Part shown: piece by piece, positions 27,211 through 41,326 of the stretch | How positions within the stretch are numbered: the first letter of the stretch is position 1 | Layout of the letters: each line of letters starts with the position of its first letter | Assembly (NCBI GenBank): GCA_050613775.1 | Contig: JBODTK010000103.1 | Span: forward strand, 372,001 to 436,000 | Origin: Neocallimastix sp. 'constans' | Lineage: Eukaryota | DNA: 64,000 bases | Reading direction: 5' to 3' | Translations under genes and position numbers: made by a program | The notes under the pieces: model-generated | Told to the model about the DNA's origin: nothing | The model's input: the letters and a program-made list of their open reading frames with translations, nothing else | The model's database searches: none

Positions 27211-28104
27211 TTAAAGTAAAAGTGAAGCAATAAATCCAAAACAAAGAGTAAGAAGAGTAGTAACTATTGGTTTTGAAGATAACATAGCACCAGATTCTAA
27301 ATTTTGTTGAATATTTTCAACAGTTATATTAGCACTTCTACTTGTTTCAACAACAGGTTCTTCACCGTAGGTTTTACCAGATCTGTACATACCCTTCTTG
27401 TCACCAAGACATTCGGCAACAGTAACAAATTTGTAACCTTTTTCTTTCATACCACTCTTTTCAATAATCCATGGAGCGATATCACCAACGGTATAATTTT
27501 GAGAATCATGCATAAGAATAAGGTAACTATCCTTTTCTTCAGCGAATACTTTCTTCAAAAATTCAATAGAATCTTCAACTCTTTGTTCAGTGGTTCCACT
27601 AGTTTCGAGATCCCAATCCTTAGTATCAGAATCCCATTGAATAAGACGGTAATCCCATTCATCAAGAGCAGCTTGACATTTTTCATCACAGTGACCCTTT
27701 GGAGCACGGAAGTAACGTGGACGATCTCCAGTAACTTTTTCAATGAAATCATCCATAGTATCGAGGGCTTCTTTAAATTCATTTGTATTATTAGAAATTT
27801 TATGTTCATAGGTATGAGAAGCAATTTGTAAACCGTTATCATGAGCCTTCTTCATAGCATCTTGATATTCTTGTACATCAATGGCAAATGGATAGTGGAA
27901 TTTGCCAACATGGAAGAAAGTAATTTTTACATCTGGATGTTCATCAACAATATAATCAACAAAGTCTTTAGTATACTTATGTGGACCATCATCAAATGTT
28001 AAAGCAATTGTCTTGTTTTCAGTACAAGAGTAGATAAATTCGGTTTTAACTAAACTAATAGAAAGAATAGCTAATACAAAGTATACGAAATTTAAGTTAT
28101 TCAT
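27211..28104 (-). CDS. Secreted CE4 polysaccharide/chitin deacetylase, paralog 2, intronless, probable GPI anchor
   Basis: Signal peptide; TFDDGP, HTYEH, FRAPKG, DTKDW, LMHD, VAECLG; C-terminal NLESGA plus hydrophobic tail. Confidence 0.93.
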   Translation of the reverse strand: MNNLNFVYFVLAILSISLVKTEFIYSCTENKTIALTFDDGPHKYTKDFVDYIVDEHPDVKITFFHVGKFHYPFAIDVQEYQDAMKKAHDNGLQIASHTYEHKISNNTNEFKEALDTMDDFIEKVTGDRPRYFRAPKGHCDEKCQAALDEWDYRLIQWDSDTKDWDLETSGTTEQRVEDSIEFLKKVFAEEKDSYLILMHDSQNYTVGDIAPWIIEKSGMKEKGYKFVTVAECLGDKKGMYRSGKTYGEEPVVETSRSANITVENIQQNLESGAMLSSKPIVTTLLTLCFGFIASLLL

Positions 28105-30199
28105 TTTTTATTATTATTATTATTTTAATATTTATTATCTTTAAAAAAAAAAAAAAAAATAGCCTTTTATATATATATAATTTTTTGTTATACTTTATTT
28201 AATTGATATATATAAATATTTTTCTTTTTATTCATTTATTTTAAATAGATATTTAATTTTATTATTAACACTATTTTTATTATTTATTTATTTATTTATT
28301 TTTTACTATTATTATATATTATTTCAATATATTATTTATTTAATTATCTCCAATTTTTTTTTTTTTTTTTTTTTTTTTTTCTTAAATATTTTTTTTATGA
28401 AAAAAAAAATGAAATTCCAAAAGAATTTCGTTCTTTTATATTCAAAATTGGCTGATAATTTTTTCCTTTTTTTTTTTTATTGTTATTTTCAAAAAATAAT
28501 TAATTAATAATTAATAATTAATAATTAATAATAAATAATTAATAATAAATAATATTAATAAATAATTAATAAATAATTAATAAATAATTTAAAAAAAAAA
28601 AAGAAAAAAAAAAATTAAAAATTAAAAATTTCTATGTCATATAATACATCTACTAATATATAATATATTGTTCATTTCATTCATATACATATTAGAGGAC
28701 AAGATGAATGACTCCATACAGAGAGATGCATTTATTAACTCTATTGATTTTTATTATCTCATCTACTTAATCATTGGTCTAAATCTGTTTCTATATATTA
28801 ACTTTTTTTATTTTTTTTTTTCATTCTATATTTAGCTGTTTCTTTTTTTTTTTTTTAATTATGAAACAGACACTTTAAATATATATATATATAATTAATA
28901 AAATTAAAATAATAATAATATATAATAATATATATAAAATTTTGTTTCATTACTTTTTTTTTTTTTTTTTTTATTTTTTATTTTTATTTATATTTTCTTT
29001 TATTTCTTTTTTTTATTTTATTATTTAATATTTAATATTTATTATTTATTTTTTTATGTTTTTTTTTTTTTTTTGTTATTAAATTAATATATTTTATTTC
29101 ATTTTTTTTTAAATAATTTATATAAAGTATTTAATTTTTAAATAATTATAAAAAAAAAATACTTAATTATAAATAATAATAATAATAATTAGAAAAACTG
29201 TTAATATAGCATTAAATTAAACAATAATAACAAAAATAAAAATATATATATAAATCAAAGTTAAAGTTATGGTTAATTAATAAATTAAAATAAAATTCAT
29301 ACCATAAAACGTCAAATATTAGTATAAAATGAAAAAATGAAGTATAAAAGTATATAGATATGTATATTATTAAGGATATCAAAGATAAAACAAAGTTAAA
29401 AAAAATATATATATAAGTATATATATATATATTTATGATATAAAAAATTTTTTATATTTTTAATATTTGAAATAATTAATCATTTTCTTATATATTCATT
29501 GGTTTATATTCATATGGTTTCTTTTTTATCCAATAATAATAAAAAAAAAAGGATCACTCATCCTTTTTTTTTTTTTTTTTTTTTTTTTTGATATTTTTTA
29601 TTAATATTTATATATATATATATTTAAATAAATTAATTATTTATTTTTTTCATTATTAACTTTTCTTTCTTTCTTTTTTTTTTTAAAAAAATTTATACAG
29701 TGTTTTCTTTATACCAAACATTATAATTTTTATAATTCTCCATCACAATAATATTTAATAATATTTAATAATATTTAATATATTAAAATAAAAAGAAAAC
29801 AGAATGGATGAATTATCTACATTTTTATATATGTAAATGTAATTGTAATGGATTCAACCAATAGAATGATGCTGTCATTTAATAAATTATGTCAAATCAT
29901 ATATTCATCCATAATTAAAAAAAAAAAAAAAAAGAATTTACAAAAATTTTTAAATATAAAGAATTTTCATTCATAATATATAAGATTATATTAACAATAT
30001 ATTTGATAACATGAATGAATATTCTTAACCATATATTATTTTATATTTTTTTACATACATAAAATGTTAATTATATATGTCAATATATTCAATTAAAAAA
30101 TAATAATATTTAAATATAAAATAAGAATAAGCTAAGAATAAAAAAAGTTAAACAAAGGATAATTAAAAGTAAAAATAAAATAAAAATAGAAAGAATTAT

Positions 30200-30437
30200 A
30201 AAATATAAATATAAATATAAATATAAATATAAATATAAATATAAATATAAATATAAATATAAATATAAATATAAATATAAATATAAATATAAATATAAAT
30301 ATAAATATAAATATAAATATAAATATAAATATAAATATAAATATAAATATAAATATAAATATAAATATAAATATAAATATAAATATAAATATAAATATAA
30401 ATATAAATATAAATATAAATATAAATATAAATATAAA
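30200..30437. repeat. (AAATAT)n microsatellite
   Basis: Perfect hexamer array read directly. Confidence 0.95.
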
Positions 30438-30685
30438 AAGAGTTTAATTAAAAATTGATTAGAATAATTTTTTAATTTTTTTTATTTCATTTTTTTTAAT
30501 GACTCTGAAAATTTATTTTGCTCTGAATTTCGTAATGCATTTTAACAACCTTCTCAACTCTTCTATATATTCCCATTTGCATTTATTAATCAATAGGTCA
30601 ATATATTTGTAATTTTTTATTTTTATTATATATAATAATAAATAAAATTTAAAAATAAAAAGAAATTTTCTTTAAATGGATGGTC

Positions 30686-30697
30686 ATATTATTATTA

Positions 30698-30776
<79 letters not shown>
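30686..30776. repeat. (TAT)n microsatellite
   Basis: Direct reading. Confidence 0.9.
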
Positions 30777-30778
<2 letters not shown>

Positions 30779-31526
30779 ACTTCATTTACCTTTTTTGGTT
30801 ATGAGAAGCCAAATGAATTAAATTGCATTTAACATATTTATATTAAATATTAATATTTAGTATGAAAGGAAAATATATTAATGATAATAGCATATGATAA
30901 TAAAGAATACAATAATAATAAATAATAATACATTTATAATATTAAATAATGATAATATTAATATATTAATTGATAATATTAAATGATAATATTAATATTA
31001 ATTATAAGTAATAATACACTTTTCCTACATTATGAAAATATTACACTAAAGGTTCTTTTTTGGTGTATATGAATAATATATAAATATTATATTTTTTATT
31101 TCTTTACATACGAATTATGATGGTAAAATATGATATTGTAAGAATGAATCATTCCTGTAAATATTATTCACCTACTTTTAAAATATTATTATATTTATTT
31201 TTATAAATAAAATGAAAATAAATAAAATGAAAATAAATAAAATGAAAATATATATATAAATAGCTATAATTTAATATTCATTTCAAATAAAATAAAATTT
31301 ATGAAATGCAATATTTCCATTACAGTATTTGTTATTATATTTATTATATAATGCATTACATATTATAGAATATATGATATAATACTACTGTATATAAATG
31401 ATAATATATAAAAAATAATAAAAGAGATAGAAAATGATTTATAAATTTAAATATTAAATTTAATTATTATACATTTTCATAACCAATGAATTTTTTAATA
31501 AAAAAAGTTTTGAATTAAAAAAAATA

Positions 31527-31892
31527 TAATAAATAATAAATAATAAATAATAAATAATAAATAATAAATAATAAATAATAAATAATAAATAATAAATAAT
31601 AAATAATAAATAATAAATAATAAATAATAAATAATAAATAATAAATAATAAATAATAAATAATAAATAATAAATAATAAATAATAAATAATAAATAATAA
31701 ATAATAAATAATAAATAATAAATAATAAATAATAAATAATAAATAATAAATAATAAATAATAAATAATAAATAATAAATAATAAATAATAAATAATAAAT
31801 AATAAATAATAAATAATAAATAATAAATAATAAATAATAAATAATAAATAATAAATAATAAATAATAAATAAATTAAATAATAATAAATAAT
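31527..31892. repeat. (TAAATAA)n heptamer satellite
   Basis: Near-perfect 7-bp array of about 360 bp. Confidence 0.95.
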
Positions 31893-32140
31893 AGTTAATT
31901 ATTGTTAATAATAAATTATATATAGATTATTAATATTTATTAATAATGTTAAAATATATATCAATTATATTATATTTATAAATACATATGTTATAATGTA
32001 TCAATATATACCAAATGTTGATAATATATTCAACTATTTTTAACATACATCATTAAGTAAAACATATGTATTTTATGCTGGTATTAACTCTTTTTTAATA
32101 AAATTAATAAAAAAAAAAAAAAAAAAAAAAAAGATAAAAA

Positions 32141-32383
32141 TATAAAATAAAAACCCTTTTGATCATTAATAACGTCTACAGAACTGAATAATGTATAGGA
32201 ATTATGATTGACAAAAAGCAAAAGACAACGTAAACAAGAGTCAAAGTGAAGCTCTTAGAGAAACAGTAGTATCATACTACCTAGCAACATGATATACGAA
32301 TTATAAATTAAAAAATATATCGTTAGTTGACTTCGACTGAATAAATGAGTTTAAATACAAGAAAAAAGGGTTTTATATTTATA
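32141..32383. mobile_element. Possible MITE-like element (~240 bp) with ~20-bp imperfect terminal inverted repeats
   Basis: Left end tataaaataaaaaccctttt; right end aaaagggttttatatttata. The interior is noticeably less AT-rich than the flanks and has no ORF. Confidence 0.45.
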
Positions 32384-33451
32384 TATATATATATATTAAT
32401 AATACATAATAAAAAATAAATATCATAATACAATTAATAAGGAATAAGGAATAAATAAATAATAAAATTAATAAATAATAAAATTAATAAATAATAAATA
32501 TTAAATAATAAATAATAAATAACAAGTAATAAATAATAATAAATAATAAATAATAAATAATAAATAATATGAATTGAATAAAAAGAATTTGAAAAATATT
32601 CCTTATTAATATATAAGGAATATTTTAGGAATAAGGAATAAATAATATAAAGATAATAAGAGTACGAATGAACTAAGTGATAGAATATATTGTAATGTAT
32701 GTACTTATATTAATATGTAAGCCACATTGTAAGGATATTTTGTTTAATAAATCATTAAATGTATTGTAATGTAATATAATAAGATTAATATATAAGCCAT
32801 ATTGTAAGAATATAAAATCATGTAGTTCATAAAAATTTAATCTTTATCATAAAATATATTAATAAAGTTAACATAATTATAAAACTCAAAAACTTTCAAT
32901 AATAAAGAATAATTTAATAATAAATAAATCAATCAATAGTTAATAAATTAGTATATCAAAAATAAAATTATTAATTTTTTTTTTTTAAAATTTATTATTA
33001 TTTTTTAAAGTTTCACATTTTCATAACTAATTTCTCCATTCCTTAATTAGAATTATCTTTAAAAATAAATTAGAATTATTTTTTAAAATAATAATTCCTT
33101 ATTAATTTAAAAAATAATTTTCTCAATTTTTTTTTTTTTAATTTTTTAATAATAATGATATGAGAAAACTTTATTTCTATTAATTTTTTTTTATTATTAT
33201 TTAAATAGCAATTAATAATAATTAATAATAATAATAATAAAAAAAAATATTCATTTATATTTATCCTTATAGTTCGAAAAACATTAATTATATTTTATTA
33301 AAGATATACCATAATATTATATATGATAGCATAACAATAATAACAGTAATAAAGCAAAAATAAAAATAATAATAAAAAAAAAAAAAAAAAAGGAATAAAA
33401 GAATAATAATAATAATAAAAGGAATAATAATGATATATATATAAAAATAAA

Positions 33452-34041
33452 ATGTTTCGAATCACTCTACACTATCTAATAATATTTATATATTATATAG
33501 GTAGTTTTATCTTTTATAAATTAATATAACATACATATTAAAAAAATTAATAATAAAAATTCATTACCAAAAAAAAAAAAAAAAAAAAAAAAAAACTAAA
33601 TAATAATTAATTATATATATAAATGTATATATATTATTAATTATAGGAATTCTACAGGGAGTCACTGTGAATTTAGCAGCTAATTCATTGTTTATCTATG
33701 ATAAACTATATAAAATTCTTGTTAATGATTTTAATAAATATTCAAAAGAAAATAATTTAGGTATAACCCTAAAAATGATTTTATTTTCTAAACAAAATTC
33801 GACTTATGAATTAGATGAATATGACTCCACAATTGATTATCTTCTCAAACAAAGGTCTAAAAAATTCGATATCTATTGTTTTGATCCAATTTATACTAAT
33901 AAATATACCTTACATATGGTTGATTTAACCGATAAAATTTCAAATGAACATATGGAATTATATAGTCATGGTGATGCTAAAAAGCTTTGTTACTCAAATA
34001 ATATGTGGGTTGGACTAGTAAGAATCATATTCAAAAAAAAA

Positions 34042-34074
<33 letters not shown>

Positions 34075-34572
34075 AAAAAAGAAAAGAAAAAAAAGAAAAA
34101 AAAAAGAAAAGAAATATAAAAATATAAAAAATACAATAAAAAAAATTTTTTTTTTTCTTTTATTTTATCTTAATTATTAATCTATAATATTAATATAAAC
34201 AAATACCTTTTTTTTTTAAAAAAAAATATTTTTAAAAAAATTTTTGCTAATTATAATAAATTATGATATCATAAACTATATAATGCTAATGATAACAATA
34301 ATATATATATATATATTTATAAATATATATATATATAAATTTTTTTTTTTTTTGATTCCTAATTCCTATTACTTAACATATTTATAATAGCCGTTATTTC
34401 AAAAATATTCTATCTTATATTCGAATAAAAATTTATTAAAAAAGTATGATCGAAGGGTTCCAAAAACATGGGAAGAACTACTGGATACTGGAAAATATAT
34501 ATTGGAGAAAGAAAGGGCTAATAATAATACAGAAATAATTGCCTATAATGGTTTTTTTTCAGGTATTATTTC

Positions 34573-34604
<32 letters not shown>

Positions 34605-34979
34605 TAAACAAAACAACAACAACAACAAAAAAATGCTATTATTATTATTATAAATTCTTTATAAAATCTAGTTTATAATTATATTATAATTATAAATATT
34701 ATTTATTAAATTTACAGTTAAAATATAAATAAAATTTATTTATAAATTTCTTTAATTTTAATAATATTATTATTAAATATATAAATATTAATAACATAAA
34801 AATCATGAAAAAAAAAAAAAAAAAAAAAAAAGATTTAAATGAATTTGCTACGTTATATGAAGTTGTTTATTCCTACAGAAATACCCCAGATACTAAATTT
34901 CCTGGATTTGGTAGTAAAGAAGCCATTGAAGGTGTTAAAATGGTTAAACATGTCAAAGAAGAAATTTCATCAGGTATAA

Positions 34980-35060
<81 letters not shown>

Positions 35061-36755
35061 AATAATATATATATATAATTAATCATCCAAAAAAACAAAA
35101 AAACAAAAAAACAAAAAAACAAAAAAAAATTGTATTACACATAATTAATTTAGTTATTATATATATATAATTTTTTAAATTTATTAAATTACATATATAA
35201 TTTATTATATCTGCTTTATACATATATACTAATTTTATTGTTTTTTTTTTTTTTTTTTTTTTTTAATTTTTAATTTTATATATCAATAGATGATATATTT
35301 AGAGCTGATGAAGCTTTTAATACCATAACATTATTGAATGGTAATGGACTATTTATAAGATTTTGGGATACCAATATTCCATTAAGTCAAACTTATTACA
35401 TAACCCCTATGCCTGGAAAAAAGGAAGGAATTAATGCTTCTATAATTGGTGGTTTAAATGTCGGTATTAGTAAATATAGTTCTGTGGAAAAAAGAGAGGC
35501 AGCTCTGAAAGTCATTGAATATTTTACATCAGAAAAGGTACAAAAGGAAATTGTAATTAAACAGGTTGGTTTATACACTGGTATATCAAAATTGTATGAT
35601 GATGAAGAAGTTTGTCAAGTGATCAGTTGTTCCATGGTGAAGGAGGCTCAAAGTATTCATCGAGCCATGGAACATATCAATAATATTGACCAATATAGTA
35701 ATCGAGTGAATAAAATTTTTAATCATTTTATGTTTGGAAAGGTAACGGCAGAGGAGGTGATGAAGGAAATTGATGATATTACCAGAATTTATCATATTTC
35801 CTTAGACACTAACCAAAGTAAAATAATATTTATTATTTTTATTCTTTTGACCAGCTTAATGCTCATCATTTTTACCTATATACCTCTTCATAAAGAAATT
35901 AAAAAGTTTTATTCCTTTTTTACTACGGATCTATGGATTATGTATTGCTTAGGATATATAATCATTATTTTATCGGAATTTTTACAGTATGGTAAACTTT
36001 CAAAGACCATATGTCTATTAAGATATTCATCAATTTTAATTGGAATCTCTCTAGAGATGATTCCAATAATATATGTACTGTTGATCTCTTTCCCGGAGAA
36101 TAATAAATATTCTATTTATCTAATCAATCATAAATATACTTTTCTGGGATGTCTTCTTGGTTTTGAAATCATTCTAAATATCTTAATCTTTTTAAACCCT
36201 TTTACCATAATGACAAAAATATTTCAAAATACTATTGATAATAAAAATTTCAGTTATTGTGTCATGAAGAGCTTCTTTGGAAATATGATGATCTTTATTG
36301 ATGTTTTATTGAAAGTAATTATGTTACCAGTCATTCTACTATTAATCTTCATTGAATGGAATGCAGAAGAAATCGTTGAAGATATTCGAACGATCACTAT
36401 AAATATTTATAGCAATTCAATTTGTTATGTTATGTTAATCGTGTTGGAATATCTCCCTATTAATGTTTTATATGTTAACTTTTCTCTTCATTCCATGTTT
36501 ATTATGTTTAGTTGTCTTTCCAACTACGTCTTTATTCATTCCTTTAAAATTATGATGTCAAGAAACCCTGAAAAGTTCTACTATCCGAATCGAACTACAA
36601 TTAACCCTTCCAACAATTCTATTAAACCAGAAAATAATAACTCTACTACTACTTCTAACAATTTAAATTCTAAAAATATTATCACAAAAATATTGGATTA
36701 TCATTCTACTCCTTATAGTACTATTACAAGTACCGTAGTAACTAATCCATCCTAA
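33452..36755 (+). CDS. Extracellular solute-binding protein (periplasmic binding protein type II, sugar-SBP-like) fused to a 7TM GPCR-like domain, ~732 aa, 5 exons
   Basis: Exons 33452-33500, 33647-34017, 34391-34562, 34833-34973, 35290-36755 (GT-AG, in phase, 2199 nt). Signal peptide MFRITLHYLIIFIYYIGILQG. SBP-like motifs WVGLP...LYSNKNLLKKY...VPKTWEELLDTG and PMPG...IGGLNVGISKYS...AALKVIEYFTSEKVQ. Seven hydrophobic segments follow, with Cys at the top of TM3 and in ECL2, then a Ser/Thr/Asn-rich tail. Confidence 0.85.
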
Positions 36756-37396
36756 ATGGTCATAAATACCAATAATATAAAAACGTCAGCTATTAATTAA
36801 ATTAAATAAAAAAAAAAAAAAAAATTCCAAATAAAAAAAAATAAATAAATGTATATATATTATCACAAAACTTATTATCCTATTGTTGACAGGAACCATT
36901 AACATTTATTCTAGTAATATAATCATCAATATCAATAATGTTTCAAAAATCTACCCATAATTTAATTTAAAAATATATATAAATATATATTTTTTATAAA
37001 AAAAAAAATTAAATAAATAATGATAATAACAATAAGAGACTATCATAAATTAATAATAATAACAAGAAAATAAATTTATATATAATAAAATAAATAAATA
37101 AATAAATAAATAATAAATATATATATGTTATTATTATTATAATAATAATTTTTTTTTTTAAAATATTTATTTTTTTAAAAAATATAATCTTTACATTAGT
37201 TTTAAAATCGTTTTAAAGTTAAACTATAAAAATTAACTATGGTTTAGTTCTTTAAAAATTGTATTAAATAAATTATAAATTATTCTATAATAACATATAT
37301 GAAATATATATATATTAATTTATGAGTAATATATTCCATCATAAAAAATAATATGTAAAAGATAATAAAAATAGAATAATAAAAAAATATTAATAA

Positions 37397-37454
<58 letters not shown>

Positions 37455-37580
37455 TTTATAAACAATAAAAATATAATATCAATCCTTTTTCTTTTTTTTT
37501 TTTTGGTATTTCTTAAATTAATACTACTCTTTTGTTCTTGGTTTTTGGTTTTCGAAAAGAAGAAGAGTTTTAATTATGAA

Positions 37581-37622
<42 letters not shown>

Positions 37623-38329
37623 TGTTAGCTTTATTAAATTTAGATATATAATAATATTCCTTATGGAATATGGTATACAAGGGAAATAAGTGTATGATCT
37701 ATCTTTCAGCTTTAAATAAGTAATGATATAAAACAAATATGTGTAGTAACATATTTGTATATTTAATAATAATTATTAAATATTAAATTTATATCTTTTT
37801 GATAATAATTATTTTATTTTATTTTATTTCAATATGTATTATTATAATTATAATAATTATAATACTTTATTTCATATAAAATTTATATATTTCTATATAT
37901 TAGAATATATAATTAATATATTACCTATTTCTTATAAATAGATTAAATTATTTATATTTGAAATAGAGAACTCGCTTGTAAATTTTTAGGAATTAGAATT
38001 ATTATTTTAATTGTACGAATATTATAATATTATTAATAAGTTTTACTAAACTACCATTATTTAAAACCCACTGCTTATAAATTATTGCACATAAAAGTCC
38101 AGCATATCAGTAATAAAGTCACATGTTACTACATGCGTTTTCCATAACATAAAATAAATTAAATTAATTAAATAAATATTAAAAGATAATTAACATAGAT
38201 TTATACAAGACGATAGATCATAATACATTTAAGTAATCATTAAATATAAATAAATAAATACATATAAATATAAATAAATACTATAAATAAATAAATTAAA
38301 TATATAGTTAAATTATGAGTGCAGTCAAC

Positions 38330-38407
<78 letters not shown>

Positions 38408-38862
38408 AGGGGGACACTTCAACTTCTCCTACCCTAATTTTTTTTTTTTTTGTTTGTTTTTCATTTCATTCTATAATGCATTACTTTTTATCTTTTTTTA
38501 TATTTTTTAATTTATTATTATTATTATTTTCATATTAATTATTTTATTTTATTTTAATACATTACAATAAATAAAAATTTTTTTTAATTATAAATAGAAA
38601 ATAATATTAATATATATATATATATAAATATGTATTTTTAACTTTTCTTATTAAAAGATAACATGATATTGACAAGACTATATATTGCTGTATATAAAGA
38701 GAGAAAGTTAAGAAGAAAAAAAAAAATTATTATTTCAACAATGTAATGAAATATAATTTAATTAAATAATTATATTTAAGAATATTAATAAAAATTAAAA
38801 TTTAAAAATAAACTTATATTACTTTATTTTTTAATCTTATTATATTTAAAAATTTTTTAATT

Positions 38863-38893
<31 letters not shown>

Positions 38894-39298
38894 TATATTT
38901 ATTTTGTACTCTTTTTCATAGAGGTGGCAAGGCACTCCATCTAGGAAAAAAATTAAAAAAAAAAAATTTTTTTTTTTCATTTTTTTTATAATTATTGAAA
39001 TGTAATATTAAATAAATATATAATTATTGAAAAAAAAAAAAAAAAAAAAAAAAAAAATAAAATATATATATTTAATTAATAATAAAAATTTTAATAATTA
39101 TTTTAATAATTATAAGGAAATTATAAGAATTAAGGAGGTATATTTCATTCCCTTCTTCATTCTCAACAAGGAATTCATTAATTAACCAAATATAATATTT
39201 GCTTATGCTTTTTTTTTTTTTATTTATTTTTATTTTTATTATTTTATTTTATTTTATTTTCCTTAATAAATGAACTTAAATATAAAACATTAAAAATA

Positions 39299-39358
<60 letters not shown>

Positions 39359-39515
39359 GGATTTTTTTTTTTTTTTATTTTGACTTAAAATAATAAAATT
39401 TATATATAATTTGATAAATAAATTTGCAGTTTTTTAAATGGATTTGTTTGTTTGCGAATTGAATACTAAAATATAGTATCTAATTGAAATTCTTTTTACG
39501 TTATTTTTTTTTTTA

Positions 39516-39546
<31 letters not shown>

Positions 39547-39786
39547 TATTTCTTAAATATATTATTAACAAAATAAAAATATATATATATATAAATTTCT
39601 AATATATTTATTAAAATACTTTTTATAATTTTTTTTTGTTACTCTTGTGAATAAATAACTTATTAGTAATTTATTTAATATTATAATTAAATATTAAATT
39701 ATACTAAAAAAAATTAAAAAATTTTTAAATCATAAAATTAATAATGATATAAATATATTAATAATGTTTAATAAATTGATTAATTA

Positions 39787-39824
<38 letters not shown>

Positions 39825-39841
39825 TAAATTTTTTTTTTTTT

Positions 39842-39887
<46 letters not shown>

Positions 39888-40002
39888 TTGGTATATTATA
39901 ATAAATTATTATTATTATATTTTGAATAAATAATTTTTAACTTAAAATATTTTTTTGTTAATTTAAAAATTTTTTTTAATTATTATTATTATTTTAATAA
40001 AC

Positions 40003-41326
40003 TTAAATAAATAAAAGAGTAAATATTAAACCGATATTAAGATATAGAAGTAAAGATAAAGGTTTAAATTTTATAAAGGCAGAAGATTCTAAATTTTGTT
40101 GAACATTTGGAATTGATGAAACATTATTATTATTATTATTATTTATGGCATCTTCCCCATAATTTTTTCCAGAAACATACATATATTCTTTTTCACCGAG
40201 ACATTCAGCTACAGTAACAAAACGATAACCTTTTTCTCTCATACCACTTTGCTCAACAATCCAAGGAGCAATTTGTTCAACAGTGTAATTATGGGTATCA
40301 TGCATAAGAATAAGATAACTATCTCTTTCTTCTGCAAATTGTTCTTTTAAAAAATTGATAGAATCTTCTACTCTTCGTTCAATACTTCCAGAGGCTTCAA
40401 CATTCCAATCGTTAGTATCAGTATCCCATTGAATAAGACGGTAACCCCTTTGTTCAAGAAGAGCTTTACAATCATCATTGCATTCACCTTTTGGAGCACG
40501 GAAATAATGAGGACGATCACCGGTAACTCTTTCAATTAAATCATCCATCATCGTTAGGGATTCATCAAATTCTTCAGTGACGTTAGAAATTTTATGGCCA
40601 TAGGTGTGAGAAGCAATTTGAAAACCATAATCATGAGCTCTCTTCATAGCTTGTTGATATTCTTCTGTTTCAAATGCGAATGGATAATGAAATCTTCCTA
40701 ATTGGAAAAATGTAATTTTAACATCTTTTTGATTAATCATATAATCAATTAACTCATTAGTATATTTCCATGGACCATCATCAAACTGTTTTATCATAAT
40801 AATGATAAATACAAGATAATTTAAAAATAAAATAAAATAAAAAATAATAATAGAATAATATAAAATAAAATAGAATAATATAAAATAAAATAGAATAATA
40901 TAAAATAAAATAGAATAATATATATAATATTAATATGTTTTAGGGTTAGTACATATTTCATTTAAATTAATTTTTATTTATATTACAATATTCATTTGTC
41001 CATTTAAATATAAATATTATTTTAATTATTATTTTAATTATTATTTTAATTATTATTAAAATTATTATTTAAATTATTATTTAAATTATTATTTTAATTT
41101 TTCTAATAAAAATTTTTAAATAAATTTTTTCTTAAAAAAAAAATATTATATATATTATTGAATAAAATTATTAGATAAGATTTATATATATATACATATG
41201 AAATTTTGAAAAACATACTGTTAAAGCAATAGTTTTTGGTTCTGTACAAGATCGAATAAAATCAATTTCTGATTTAACCAAATTTAAAAATGTTATAGCT
41301 AAAACTAAGCAATAATAAAACTTCAT
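40003..41326 (-). CDS. Secreted CE4 polysaccharide/chitin deacetylase, paralog 3, 2 exons (~296 aa), probable GPI anchor
   Basis: Exon 1 41326-41219 (MKFYYCLVLAITFLNLVKSEIDFIRSCTEPKTIALT); phase-0 intron 41218-40786 (GTATGT...CAG); exon 2 40785-40003 starting FDDGPW. Motifs HTYGH, FRAPKG, DTNDW, LMHD. Confidence 0.92.

Noticed and set aside
32680..32875. Possible solo LTR (TGTAA...TAACA) with internal ~75-bp duplication
   Set aside because: No matching target-site duplication and no second copy in the window.
40003..40797. ORF-track starts at 40797, 45551, 33667, 35334 and 59952
   Set aside because: These are internal exons. The true starts are upstream in spliced exons that restore signal peptides or conserved motifs.
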